Below, one piece after another: positions 10,255 to 20,038 of a stretch of DNA of 64,000 nucleotides. Below the pieces are notes generated by a model. The model was not told where the DNA came from, ran no database searches, and worked only from the letters and a program-made list of their open reading frames with translations. Source of the stretch: Truepera sp. (GTDB lineage: Bacteria > Deinococcota > Deinococci > Deinococcales > Trueperaceae); assembly GCA_965218435.1 (NCBI GenBank), contig CBDCKW010000005.1, positions 128,001 to 192,000 on the forward strand, in the 5' to 3' direction. Made by a program: the position numbers and the translations under genes. Positions within the stretch are counted from its first letter, which is position 1. Each line of letters begins with the position of its first letter.

Positions 10255-11640
10255 ATGAAACACTTGTGGATTTTAGCACTGGGGCTGCTGGCGGCTTGTG
10301 GGGGTACACCTGTCTCGACGCCTGAAACGGAGCTGTTTACAGCGGCGACCGTGACGCTCACCCCGACCTCGTACCGGACGACCGGGGGCGCGGACGGCGG
10401 GCAAAGCGTCAATAACCTTAAAGTCAGAGACCAGTCCGGAAGTCAAAACACTTGGACGAAATACGTGGAGTTTCAAACTCCCGGCAAGAATTATATCGGC
10501 ACCCGGAGTTACACGCTGCCTGCGGACGTTGACCCGTCAGCACTAACCAGCCTGCAGGTCCAAGCGAACTTTTTAGGCCCGAGCAAAGCGGCGCAGGCTT
10601 GGCGTTGGCGGCTATACAACTTCTCGAGCGGTCGCTGGGACTTACTCGGTGACAACAGCGGCTCGAGCTGGAACGCCTGGAAACTCTTGAGCTTCGACGC
10701 TTCCGGCACGCTCGACAACTATGTGAGCAACTCACGTGAAATCCGCGTCCGCACCGATTCGGCCAACGCCAGCGACGACGCCGACTTAGATTATGAGGCG
10801 GTGACAGTAACGCACGGCAGCACCCCGCCGCCCCCACCTCCTGCGGGCAGTTGGTGGAAACCGCAAAAAGGGCTCTCGTGGTGGTGGCAGCTCGAGAACG
10901 CCGCCAACCTCAACGCCGGTTTGAACGTCGACGTGTACGACATCGACCTCTTTGAAGGCAACGACGCGGGCAAAATCGCGGTGCTTAAAAGCAAGGGGTA
11001 CAACGTCATCTGCTACTTCAGTGCCGGAACGTATGAGGACTTTCGCCCCGACAAAGACGACCTGCTGAGAAACAACAAGCTCGCGCTGATTGATGGTTCA
11101 AATCTACCGCAGTTCCCCGAAGAAGCGTGGCTTGCTATCGGCAACACGCAGGCGCTCGAGACCATCATCAAACCCGTGATGCGGGCGCGGCTTCACCTTG
11201 CCAAGTCTGCCGGGTGTGACGCGGTAGAGCCCGACAATGTAGACGGTTACGACAACAGCGAAACGCAAGGGCAGATTACGAAGGCGCAGCAGCTCGCTTA
11301 CAACCGCTGGGTTGCGGGTGAAGCGCACAACCGGGGCTTAAGCGTTGGTCTTAAAAATGCGACGGCTCTCTTGAGCGACCTTGAGAGCGACTTCGACTTT
11401 GCCGTCAACGAGCAGTGCTACGCCTACAGCGAGTGCGGCGGGTACACCAGCACATTCTTGGCTCAAAACAAGCCCGTCTTTAATCAGGAATACCTCGACC
11501 CCGATGACGCGGGGGGCAGCGTAGGACAGACAAAGTATCAAAATACCGCTTGCCCGTATTTTCGGGATCGGCAGATCGCTTCGCTGTGGAAACGAGGGTT
11601 GAATCTGAACGGTCAGGATGTTGTTCAGTGTCAGCCCTAG
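10255..11640 (+). CDS. Lipoprotein with N-terminal beta-rich domain, Pro linker and GH114 endo-alpha-1,4-galactosaminidase domain
   Basis: LAAC lipobox; PPPPPP linker; WWWQL, YDIDLF, ICYFSAG, EPDNVD, GLKN, AVNEQC motifs typical of GH114. Confidence 0.85.
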   Translation: MKHLWILALGLLAACGGTPVSTPETELFTAATVTLTPTSYRTTGGADGGQSVNNLKVRDQSGSQNTWTKYVEFQTPGKNYIGTRSYTLPADVDPSALTSLQVQANFLGPSKAAQAWRWRLYNFSSGRWDLLGDNSGSSWNAWKLLSFDASGTLDNYVSNSREIRVRTDSANASDDADLDYEAVTVTHGSTPPPPPPAGSWWKPQKGLSWWWQLENAANLNAGLNVDVYDIDLFEGNDAGKIAVLKSKGYNVICYFSAGTYEDFRPDKDDLLRNNKLALIDGSNLPQFPEEAWLAIGNTQALETIIKPVMRARLHLAKSAGCDAVEPDNVDGYDNSETQGQITKAQQLAYNRWVAGEAHNRGLSVGLKNATALLSDLESDFDFAVNEQCYAYSECGGYTSTFLAQNKPVFNQEYLDPDDAGGSVGQTKYQNTACPYFRDRQIASLWKRGLNLNGQDVVQCQP

Positions 11641-11666
11641 CGCACCGCGAGCGTTCGTTTAAGCGT

Positions 11667-11695
11667 GGGGCGTCGGCTACCCTGACGCCCCTTTT
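11667..11695 (+). terminator. Probable intrinsic terminator or stabilising hairpin
   Basis: GGGGCGTC-N9-GACGCCCC followed by TTTT, between the GH114 and DUF4832 genes. Confidence 0.6.
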
Positions 11696-11715
11696 AAGGC
11701 AAAGGAAGGGATGAC

Positions 11716-13356
11716 ATGAACCGTTTTTGGAAAACGTCCAGTTTAGCCTTAGGTGCTTTGCTACTTATGACTGCGTGCGCTCAGAGCGGCGGACAGGCAG
11801 CGACGAATGAAGCTGTAATGACCTACAAACCGAGCAGCGCCGACTTCGCCAACCCCGAGCGCGGCTTTTACGCCGATTCGTACTTTAATACCGAAGAAGA
11901 CCTCAACGCTTTAGACGCGGCGGCGCTGGTGCAAGAAAAAGCTGCGGCGGGCTATCAAGTCTCGCTGATTCACCGCACCTACTACCTGCCGGACTACCGT
12001 GACGTAAAGCATCTACCGGCTGACTTTTTAACGCTGGTCGGAAACGACCTGGCGTCGGCAAGAGCGGCGGGCGTCAAGCTCATCTTGCGCTTTGCCTACC
12101 GGCCCAACGCCAACTATGAGGGTGAACCGGTCTACCGCGACCCCACCCGCAGCACGATTTTGCAGCACCTGGACGACTTGAAACCTGTTCTCAAGGCTCA
12201 TGCAGGCGTGATCGCTTATGTAGACGCCGGGTTGCTCGGGCCGTGGGGCGAGTGGCACAGCGCCACGCCGAACAACAGCGATAAAGACCCGAGCAACGAC
12301 CCTGACGGCCCGTTGATGGACGAACTTTACGGCTCTCCCGACCCGGTGAGTAAAAAACCCGGCGGCAACCCGCAAGACCCGAACTACGACCTGCTCAACT
12401 GGGACCGCAAACTGCCGAACGCGATCACGGAAGAGATAGTGAAAAAGCTCTTAGAGGTCGTCCCCGCCTCGCGCCCGATAGGGATTCGCTATCCACTGGC
12501 GAAAGCCGCACTGCTCGAGGGCAAAGTCAAAGCTTCGCTGACCGAACCCTTGAACGAAACCACAGCCTATCAAAACACCATGCGTGCCCGTTTGAGCGCA
12601 ACGAACGACTGCTTTTTGGCGAGCGTAGACGACTCCGGCACCTACTATTACGGCGGCATTCCGGGCCTGACGACGCCAAAACAAATTGCGGCGCAGATAA
12701 GGCGCGAAAAAGACTACCTCAGCCAAGACAATCTTTACGTTCCGATAGGCGGCGAAACCTGCGCCGACGAGCCGTATACCAACCCGGCGTTTGGGAGCTT
12801 TCCGGCGTATGCCAAGCATGAACTGGCGCAGATGCACTGGACAACACTTAACAGCGACTACAACGAAAACACCCTAAAAGCTCTGGGAAACTATCTGAAA
12901 ACGGTCAAGAGAAAACTCGGCTACCGCTTCGTGCTGCAAAGCTCGCGGTTGCCGCGAGCTGCCGCCGCAGGCGCAAATGTGACGCTCAGCTTGACCGTAA
13001 AAAACGTCGGTTACGCGAGCCCGTTTAATCCGCGTGGCTTAGCGGTCGTGTTCCGAGATGCGGACGGTACGCTCACCACCCGCCCAATCAAAATCAACCG
13101 TCAAAGCCACACCGACCCGCGTTTTTGGCAACCCGGAAAAACGCAGAACGTCACGCTCACGATGCCTGCTCCGGACGCACCGGGAGACTTTGAAGTGCTG
13201 CTGGGTCTGCCCGACCCGCTTTTAGCCAACGTCGTCAGCTATAAAGCAGACGGCGCGACGGTTAGCGGACATTACAGCATTCGTCTGGCGAACGCAGGCG
13301 TGTGGGAAGCCACTACGGGTTTGAACAAATTAGCGCATACCTTAACCGTTCGCTAG
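11716..13356 (+). CDS. DUF4874/DUF4832-domain lipoprotein (putative glycoside hydrolase)
   Basis: Lipobox TAC; NPERGFY, KLILRFAY, GPWGEWH, NDCFLAS, GGETC, LGYRF motifs. Confidence 0.8.
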   Translation: MNRFWKTSSLALGALLLMTACAQSGGQAATNEAVMTYKPSSADFANPERGFYADSYFNTEEDLNALDAAALVQEKAAAGYQVSLIHRTYYLPDYRDVKHLPADFLTLVGNDLASARAAGVKLILRFAYRPNANYEGEPVYRDPTRSTILQHLDDLKPVLKAHAGVIAYVDAGLLGPWGEWHSATPNNSDKDPSNDPDGPLMDELYGSPDPVSKKPGGNPQDPNYDLLNWDRKLPNAITEEIVKKLLEVVPASRPIGIRYPLAKAALLEGKVKASLTEPLNETTAYQNTMRARLSATNDCFLASVDDSGTYYYGGIPGLTTPKQIAAQIRREKDYLSQDNLYVPIGGETCADEPYTNPAFGSFPAYAKHELAQMHWTTLNSDYNENTLKALGNYLKTVKRKLGYRFVLQSSRLPRAAAAGANVTLSLTVKNVGYASPFNPRGLAVVFRDADGTLTTRPIKINRQSHTDPRFWQPGKTQNVTLTMPAPDAPGDFEVLLGLPDPLLANVVSYKADGATVSGHYSIRLANAGVWEATTGLNKLAHTLTVR

Positions 13357-13393
13357 CCCCGAGACGCGAGTTTCAGGTACGCTCTAACTCACC

Positions 13394-14548
13394 GTGCGCC
13401 GGCCCAAACTGCTCTACTTTTGCTACTACGCGGCGATGGCCTCGCTCCTGCCGTTTTTGGTGCTTTACTACGTGCAGCTCGGTTTTACTGGGCGGCAGGT
13501 CGGCGTGCTCAGCGCCCTGTTGCCGGTGACGACCGTCCTCGGCGTGCCCTTATGGAGCGCAGCGGCGGACGCTTCGGGGCACTACCGAGGCATTATCTTG
13601 CTGAGTGTCGGCGCGGCCATGGTGTGGACCCTGGCCGCGTCTTCGGCGACGAGTTATCTAGGTCTACTCGGAATCGTTGGGGCGCTCTCATTTTGTGTCG
13701 CGCCGATTATGCCGCTGACCGACACGGTGGTCTTGACGCTTTTACAGAACGAGCGGCACCGTTACGGCAACCTGCGGCTTTGGGGAGCGGTTGGTTGGGG
13801 CGTCGGGGCACCGCTGACGGGTTGGTTGGTCGGTCGGGGTGAAGCAGGTGGGCTGCGCTGGGCGTTTTGGGTGGCCGCTGCGCTGCTCGGCTCCCTCTGG
13901 GCGGTAGCCTACACGCTGCCGAGGCTCGAGCCCGCCCCACTTCAAAAATTCCGCAGTATCCGAGGTTTAGTTTCTCCGGTGTGGCTGGGGTTTCTCCTGA
14001 TCGGGTTGACCGGCGGCGTCTGCCTCGCGGTCAGCAGCAATTTTTTATACTTGCATATGACCGCTCTAGGGATGCCCGCCTCGTTCGTCGGATTCGCGCT
14101 GACCTCGGCGACCTTAAGTGAAGTTCCGGTCTTTTTCTTTTCAAGCCGACTTTTACGCCGTTACAACGCCCGCATCCTTCTCGTGAGCGCCTTGACCGTC
14201 TTTGCGGCGCGGCTTTTTCTTTACAGCGTCTTCGCCGCGCCCTGGCCCATTTTGGCGCTGCAACTGCTGCACGGCCCCAGCTTTTCGCTGCTCTGGACCG
14301 CAGGCGTCGCCTACGCCGACCGGCACGCACCTGAGGGCTTTAGAGCGACGGCGCAAGGGCTTTTTAGTACGGCCTTGCTGGGTTGGGGCGGCGTGATCGG
14401 CGCACTTATCGGCGGCACACTTTACGACGCGTACGGGGCGGCCGTGATGTTCCGGTGGGTTGCCGTGGGCACCGCCGCCGTTTGCCTCGGCGTTTCGGTA
14501 TGGAGCGGTCGGCTGTGGACACCTGAACGTATGCAAAAGGAGACTTGA
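13394..14548 (+). CDS. MFS transporter (MFS_1_like)
   Basis: About 12 hydrophobic segments; YGNLRLWGAVGW, SEVP, QLLHG, ATAQG motifs. Confidence 0.88.
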   Translation: MRRPKLLYFCYYAAMASLLPFLVLYYVQLGFTGRQVGVLSALLPVTTVLGVPLWSAAADASGHYRGIILLSVGAAMVWTLAASSATSYLGLLGIVGALSFCVAPIMPLTDTVVLTLLQNERHRYGNLRLWGAVGWGVGAPLTGWLVGRGEAGGLRWAFWVAAALLGSLWAVAYTLPRLEPAPLQKFRSIRGLVSPVWLGFLLIGLTGGVCLAVSSNFLYLHMTALGMPASFVGFALTSATLSEVPVFFFSSRLLRRYNARILLVSALTVFAARLFLYSVFAAPWPILALQLLHGPSFSLLWTAGVAYADRHAPEGFRATAQGLFSTALLGWGGVIGALIGGTLYDAYGAAVMFRWVAVGTAAVCLGVSVWSGRLWTPERMQKET

Positions 14549-15483
14549 TAATGCCTGAGTTTGACCTCCTTGTCGTTGGTGAAATCAATCCCGACCTCAT
14601 CTTGCGTGGGGGCGACCTGACGCCCACTTTCGGTCAGGCTGAAAAGCTGGTAGACGCGGCAGCACTTACCATCGGTTCGTCTTCGGTGATGGTCGCCTGC
14701 GGCGCGGCGCGTCTGGGCCTCCGCACCGCTTTCGTCGGGGTGGTTGGGGATGACGTATTCGGCCGCTTTATGTTGGACGCACTGCGTGGCCGCGGCGTCG
14801 CTACCACGGGTTGCTTGGTCGACGCGTCGGTGCCGACGGGGTTTAGCGTCATCCTCTCACAACCTGCCGACCGCGCCATTTTGACCTATCCAGGGAGTAT
14901 CGCTCGGCTTAGGTTGAGGGATATTGATCCGAATATTTTACGGCGTGCGCGTCACCTGCACGTCGGCGGTTATTTTCTCTTGGACGCGCTCCGTCCCGAC
15001 CTATCCGAGCTATTTGGGCGGGCTAAGGCACAGGGACTCAGTACCTCGTTAGATACCAACTGGGACCCGAGTGGCCGCTGGAACGTTGACCCGGAGAAAC
15101 TCTGGCCGGTCTGCGACGTATTCTTGCCGAATGAAGCCGAAGCGTGCCACATCGCCCGGACAGAAACGCTGGGGGCGGCGCTAGACGTTTTGGGTACGCA
15201 GCTACCAACCCTTGCAGTTAAAACCGGTGTGCGCGGGGGAATTGCACGGCAAGGTAGTCAAACCGTTTCAGCCGCCCCGCTCGAGATAGACGTCGTGGAT
15301 ACGACTGGAGCAGGTGATTCGTTTGATGCCGGCTTTCTCTACGGCTATCTTGCCGGGAAATCATTAGAAGAAAGTTTGCGCCTCGCCTGCGCGTGTGGAT
15401 CACTTTCGGCACGGGGTGTGGGCGGCACCGAACGCCAGCCGACGCTACCAGAGGTAGAGCAGGCACTTGCTATATCTGAATAA
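14545..15483 (+). CDS. PfkB-family carbohydrate kinase
   Basis: GVVGDDVFG, PNEAEA and DTTGAGDSFDAG signature. Confidence 0.92.
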   Translation: MIMPEFDLLVVGEINPDLILRGGDLTPTFGQAEKLVDAAALTIGSSSVMVACGAARLGLRTAFVGVVGDDVFGRFMLDALRGRGVATTGCLVDASVPTGFSVILSQPADRAILTYPGSIARLRLRDIDPNILRRARHLHVGGYFLLDALRPDLSELFGRAKAQGLSTSLDTNWDPSGRWNVDPEKLWPVCDVFLPNEAEACHIARTETLGAALDVLGTQLPTLAVKTGVRGGIARQGSQTVSAAPLEIDVVDTTGAGDSFDAGFLYGYLAGKSLEESLRLACACGSLSARGVGGTERQPTLPEVEQALAISE

Positions 15484-15674
15484 CAGGACAAGGGAAGTGT
15501 TGGAGTTGACGCGATTTAGAGGCTCGTCCATATCGAGAGTGGTCGGACAAGATTTTATCTAAACATCCTTGCCCACGGGTTATCAGTCGGTAAAAGTTGA
15601 ACGGTGAAGCGTTCTCTTCCGTCACCGAACTGTATCGTTGAACGACACGACTAAACGACGCACCGTCTAAAGCC

Positions 15675-15885
15675 GGTGTGGTCTTAATCGGCCTAAGTAG
15701 ACATCGAAAGCAGGAACTACAATTTTGCGGGAGAAAGGTCTACGATGGGCAAGCGGGTGACGAAGCAGTACGACGTGGAGTTCAAGCTCGGTGCGGTGGA
15801 GCTGATAGAGCAGCAGGGTTACAGTGTGCCAGCAGCGGGAAGAAAACAAGCGCCTGAGGATGGAAACCGAGATCTTAAAAAATCG
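15675..15885 (+). mobile_element. IS3-family remnant (orfA fragments)
   Basis: ATG at 15745 reads MGKRVTKQYDVEFKLGAVELIEQQGYSV; then EENKRLRMETEILK with an A-run; internal deletion; boundaries approximate. Confidence 0.6.
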
Positions 15886-16093
15886 GTCATGGTGGCAAGC
15901 CACCACCCAGAAAGATGAAAATAGGGTGCGTCCTCCGACGTGAGAGCTCGTCAATGGCCTTGGTGCTGTGAGCCCGATAAAAAATCGGAGCCTGGCGGTC
16001 TGCAGGAACCCAGGAATGTTGCCTTGAGCACGTGGAGGAAAGTCTACATATTAGCACTTCCATAAATTATTGGTCTAACTCATAGCCACAGTG

Positions 16094-17291
16094 TAGGGCA
16101 AACGCACTAGCTCACTCCGCTCAGGCCCAGGAGACTTAGGAGATAGTCGTCGTTGAGTAAGGCTCTGAACCGCTTGCGCCGCTTGGAGGCGGTGAAGCTG
16201 GTATCGAGATTGATAAGGTTAAGGGCCAAACGGCGTAGTGAAGCCAAGTTCTGAGCAGCAAAGCCTTTGCGCGTGCGTGAGGCGTCCTCACGGAATAGGA
16301 CGTCGAGTGGGTGATGCTGCTGGTTTTCAATCGACCAGTGCTTTCTGACCTTGCTAAGTGCTTCGGAAGCAGAGAAGGTGTGTGAGGTAAGGAAGAAGCG
16401 GCGTTGGTAGGATTCTTGACCGTATCTCAACACGTGGGTATCGACGACGATGACCGCGCTGAGTTGTGCCCAATCTGAAAGTCCACAATCTGCTTTTTCG
16501 AGATAGCTCAGATCCCGCATCACCCAGCAGGTTCTGGTTTCCTGCCGCCCGTGTGCCACATCGAAAGTTTCAGCCCTGTCCAACGCCCCGACTTCTTTAA
16601 GCTGGTAATCGAACAGCCAACCAACCTCGTTAAACAACACGCCATGATTGGCTTTGAGTGACAAGACATACTCAGCCCCCTGGGTTGTGATGTGCTCGGC
16701 AACCTCCTTGTGACAACCCGCCGCGTCAATGCTTACGCTAGCACCCTCCAGGTCAAGTAGGTCTAGCAGCTCGGGAATGAGGCTGAGTTCATTTGCGTTG
16801 TTTTTAAGGGCAAGCTGTGCCAGTACAAGTTCATTCTCACTTGCCCAGGCGCTCAACATCGTTATAGCAGCCCGGCCAGGCTCGCACTTACTTTTCCCCT
16901 TCGACTTGGAACCGCGCAACATCTTTCCGTCAATGCTGATGAGCTTTTCCTCGCTCAGCTGACTTACCGTATGCATCCAGCGTATAAAGCATGTCTGCCA
17001 AGCAGCGGGATCGAGTTGTGCAAACACGCGGGTAAAGGTGTCGTGAGATGGGATACCGTGGGGCAACGCTAGAAACTTTCTCAAAAAGTCTTCTTTCATA
17101 ACCCCGTAATCTGCTATCTCTTCCCAGGTTTCTGACTTGGCGATGACGGCGCATACGGTTATCACCACAATGTCTATCAGTTTGTGCAGCTTTAGGGGGT
17201 GCTCTCTGCGTGGGTCGGGTAATTCGGTAAACGCCTCTAGTATGTTCGTGACCATCCCACAGCTTAGAGCATGGCTAGTGCGTTTGCCCTA
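16094..17291 (-). mobile_element. ISAs1-family insertion sequence, complete
   Basis: 18-bp perfect inverted repeats TAGGGCAAACGCACTAGC; flanked by a 9-bp near-duplication GCCACAGTG/GCCGCAGTG. Confidence 0.93.
16107..17255 (-). CDS. ISAs1-family transposase
   Basis: LPDPR, GIPSHDTF, IDGK, SIDAAGC, LKAN, HGRQETR, HWSIEN, LDVLFRED motifs. Confidence 0.95.
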   Translation of the reverse strand: MVTNILEAFTELPDPRREHPLKLHKLIDIVVITVCAVIAKSETWEEIADYGVMKEDFLRKFLALPHGIPSHDTFTRVFAQLDPAAWQTCFIRWMHTVSQLSEEKLISIDGKMLRGSKSKGKSKCEPGRAAITMLSAWASENELVLAQLALKNNANELSLIPELLDLLDLEGASVSIDAAGCHKEVAEHITTQGAEYVLSLKANHGVLFNEVGWLFDYQLKEVGALDRAETFDVAHGRQETRTCWVMRDLSYLEKADCGLSDWAQLSAVIVVDTHVLRYGQESYQRRFFLTSHTFSASEALSKVRKHWSIENQQHHPLDVLFREDASRTRKGFAAQNLASLRRLALNLINLDTSFTASKRRKRFRALLNDDYLLSLLGLSGVS

Positions 17292-17640
17292 GCCGCAGTG
17301 CTTGAAGGTGTTGAGGACGTTTTCAGGCGTAACAGTTTTGACGGCATTACAAAAGGCTTCAACGAGTTCGCCAAGGGTAGCAGGGCGAAGGCTTTTGACG
17401 AAGGCTTTGAGCTTGGCAAAGAGATGTTCGATGGGGTTCAGGTCAGGTGAGTAAGTTGGGAGCTATAAGAGTTCACAACCATACGTTTCGACCAGCTCGC
17501 TGACTTCTGCACCATGATGCACACTCCAGTTGTCCATCACGATGACACTGCCCTCGCTAAGGGTTGGAAGCAGGACAAACTCGAGAAAGCTCAGGAAAGC
17601 GTTTTTGTTTACTGTGTCCGAGCGGATGTTCAGAGATTCG
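17292..17640 (-). pseudogene. IS630-family transposase C-terminal remnant
   Basis: VMDNWSVHH...ELL*LPTYSPDLNPIEHLFAKLK...TFKHCG; in-frame TAG at 17463-17465; the last codons (YELDQ*) lie on the far side of the ISAs1 (about 16066-16093). Confidence 0.85.
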
Positions 17641-17979
17641 ACGCTGGCTCGGCGCTCGTTGTAAGCCTTCTGTAGAAGTACGAAACTCTCTCTGCGGATT
17701 TCGCTATAAACAGCCTCTATTTGATCCCTATCAGGAGCTTTTTGTCGATTCTCACTCACTCCATACCCTCCATCCAGTTCTACGTGTCCCTTCGTCTCCA
17801 ATCTCCTACAGCCGTCGCTTCGACTCTTCGAACAGGTAAGCGTTCATCTGTACAAGATCGGCTGCGCGACCTGTGTCACCCTTTGGCTTGTCTAGTTGAC
17901 AATTTGGTTTAATTTTCATACCTTTAGCTTGAGCCGCTCAAGAAACATGGTTTTGAATCTTTCAGCTACGGTTCGAGAC

Positions 17980-18492
17980 TTAATTTCTAGTGGTAGAGTG
18001 TATCGCTTTCAGGGCTATCTGCTCAATTTCACCTTTAGTTAGGTGGAGACGGTTATTTGCACTTTTCCATACTTCTAATTGACGGCGGTAACGGTCGAGT
18101 GTAGGGAAATGGCTGTTACGCACGTGCAAACCTTCGTAGTGTTCACCATCTTCGCAGAGGTAACGGGCGTATGCAAGTTGTCCCAGCTCGTCGTTGCTAT
18201 CGAAACCTTCAAATTCGATCTGCCATGCGTCTACCTCGGGTTTTTCGCTTAGCTGTTCGTAAGCATATTTCAGGTTGCTGAACATTTGCAGTATGTCGTG
18301 TACTTCGGTACAGTCGTCTTCGCTCAAAGTGTCCTAGTAAATACGTTGACTCATGCCGTCATACTCGAGCTCATAACCCGATTCAAGTGCTATACGTGCT
18401 TTTTCTAAGCTACCGCGTTCGTCGGGGTAAAGCGCCTCGAGGATGCGGTACTGATTTGAAAGTATCCAGCGTTCAGTTCTTGTAAGTTTCAT
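17980..18492 (-). pseudogene. YfbU-family protein with an in-frame TAG
   Basis: MKLTRTERWILSNQYRILEAL...GYELEY...IY*DTLSEDDC...FEGFDSNDE...RNSHFPTLDRYRR. Confidence 0.8.
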
Positions 18493-18571
18493 CCTGACCT
18501 CTCAAAAAGTCTTGTCTCATCATATATACTGTCATGCTGTGCGTTTACAGATAGCGTCTAAGGAGATACAC

Positions 18572-18850
18572 ATGTCCGGGCAAGCCTCAATTCCTACAGT
18601 TTCTTTCATCGTCATCGAGGTCTCCGAAGAATCTCCAAAAGGGTTAGGGCAGCTGCGGTTTCGGATCGCTCCTCGAAAGGGTGAGAACATAACTTTAGAA
18701 GACAAAGAGGGTCAAGCACAAAACTATGAAGTTTTAGCTGTTATCCACCCATCGGAAATTGCAGCAACTGCAGGTGATCTGCTGGTTCGTCATACCGGTA
18801 GCGATGCTGATTCTCGCAGTTCGTTTAGACGTAATTTCTTTGTTATGTAG
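18572..18850 (+). CDS. Hypothetical protein
   Basis: ATG after AAGGAG; 92 codons; no family recognised. Confidence 0.6.
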   Translation: MSGQASIPTVSFIVIEVSEESPKGLGQLRFRIAPRKGENITLEDKEGQAQNYEVLAVIHPSEIAATAGDLLVRHTGSDADSRSSFRRNFFVM

Positions 18851-19200
18851 CTTTTAAGGGTCTTTTGGCTCGATCCCACAGTCTCCCCGAGACCCGCTAC
18901 GACTAAAGGAGCTTAACTCCGTGAGATAGCCCCGCACAAAAGGCTGCGTCGGTGAACACGCAACTATCTTGTTACCAAGCCTTTTATCCGACTTTCCATC
19001 AACCCGAACAATCTAAGGTTTTTCGGTGCAATCGCTCGAAGACCCTTGTTCTACTCTTGCATCATTTTACAGGTCGAGGAAAGAAGAGCGTGTAAACCAG
19101 TAGCAAGAAAGCATTGACAAAACTGCATCCACACAATAAGGGACACTTACGAGCTAAATCCATACATTTACATTTAAGCTAAAGTTTTTATCAAAACAGC

Positions 19201-19229
19201 TTGACATGACTTAACATTAAGTTTAGACT
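19201..19229 (+). promoter_or_regulatory. Sigma-70-type promoter of the ubiquitin-like operon with a palindromic operator in the spacer
   Basis: TTGACA-17 bp-TAGACT; spacer contains ACTTAA-CA-TTAAGT (19209-19222). Confidence 0.7.
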
Positions 19230-19382
19230 TATAAAGGTGATGGGTGACCATTGCCCAAATAAAAGTGCGGACAGTTGCAGCTGCCCGCCAAAACCTGAAA
19301 CCCGGCCAGGCCGCGTCTCACGCAACGCTAGCCTACGGCCACAAGTTGTCAGCTGTCAATTTCAGCGATGAGGGGTGATTGC

Positions 19383-19661
19383 ATGAGTGCTAGCCAGATT
19401 CACGACCAGAGAAAGCCGGAGAAGCCCGGTAAACCCAAAAAGCTGAATATCTTTATCAACCAGAAAAAGCTCGAGGTCGAAGCTGATGAGATGACCCCAC
19501 GTCAGCTGCTGAAGCTTGCTAATGAGAGCCCGGAAGAAGTTGTTCTGGCGCTCAAGGAGAAAGGTCAGCTGACCAAGTACGAGGGCCTCGATGAAAAGAT
19601 CCCCCTCCAGAACGGCATGCACTTCGTCACGATGGACACGACGCCCACGCCGGTGAGCTGA
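19383..19661 (+). CDS. Ubiquitin-like (multi-ubiquitin family beta-grasp) protein
   Basis: LNIFINQKKLEV..EMTPRQLLKLA..DEKIPLQNGMHFVT pattern; first gene of an operon with E2-like and E1 genes; ends ...PTPVS. Confidence 0.75.
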   Translation: MSASQIHDQRKPEKPGKPKKLNIFINQKKLEVEADEMTPRQLLKLANESPEEVVLALKEKGQLTKYEGLDEKIPLQNGMHFVTMDTTPTPVS

Positions 19662-20038
19662 TGTCCGCACAAGAAACGCTGATGGCAGACCTCGAGGCGC
19701 GAGGCTACATCGTCGAAGCTATCAACGCAGGAGGACAACCTTTTGTCCTCCTCAAAGACTTCACGGTGCAGTCCGGTCGGTTCGAGGGCAAAGTCATCGA
19801 CATCGGGCTTGAAGTCCAGCCCAGCTATCCACAACACCTCGCGTCAGCCCTGCACATCAGGGCGGAGCCGAAACTTCTGTCCCCTGGCCCCCACCCGCAT
19901 AACTACAATGTTCTAGAGGGCAACAGTCCGCTCGGCCCAGCGTGGCAATACTGGAGCTTTAACTTTACCGACGCCTGGCGAGGAGGGCAAAGAGCGAGCC
20001 TAAACTCGATCATCAACGGGGTGATGCACCATGCCTGA
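19661..20038 (+). CDS. E2/UBC-like protein (prokaryotic E2 family E-like), no cysteine
   Basis: VLLKDFTVQSGRF, PSYP and WQYWS motifs; translationally coupled to the Ubl gene (TGATG) and overlapping the E1 gene. Confidence 0.65.
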   Translation: MSAQETLMADLEARGYIVEAINAGGQPFVLLKDFTVQSGRFEGKVIDIGLEVQPSYPQHLASALHIRAEPKLLSPGPHPHNYNVLEGNSPLGPAWQYWSFNFTDAWRGGQRASLNSIINGVMHHA

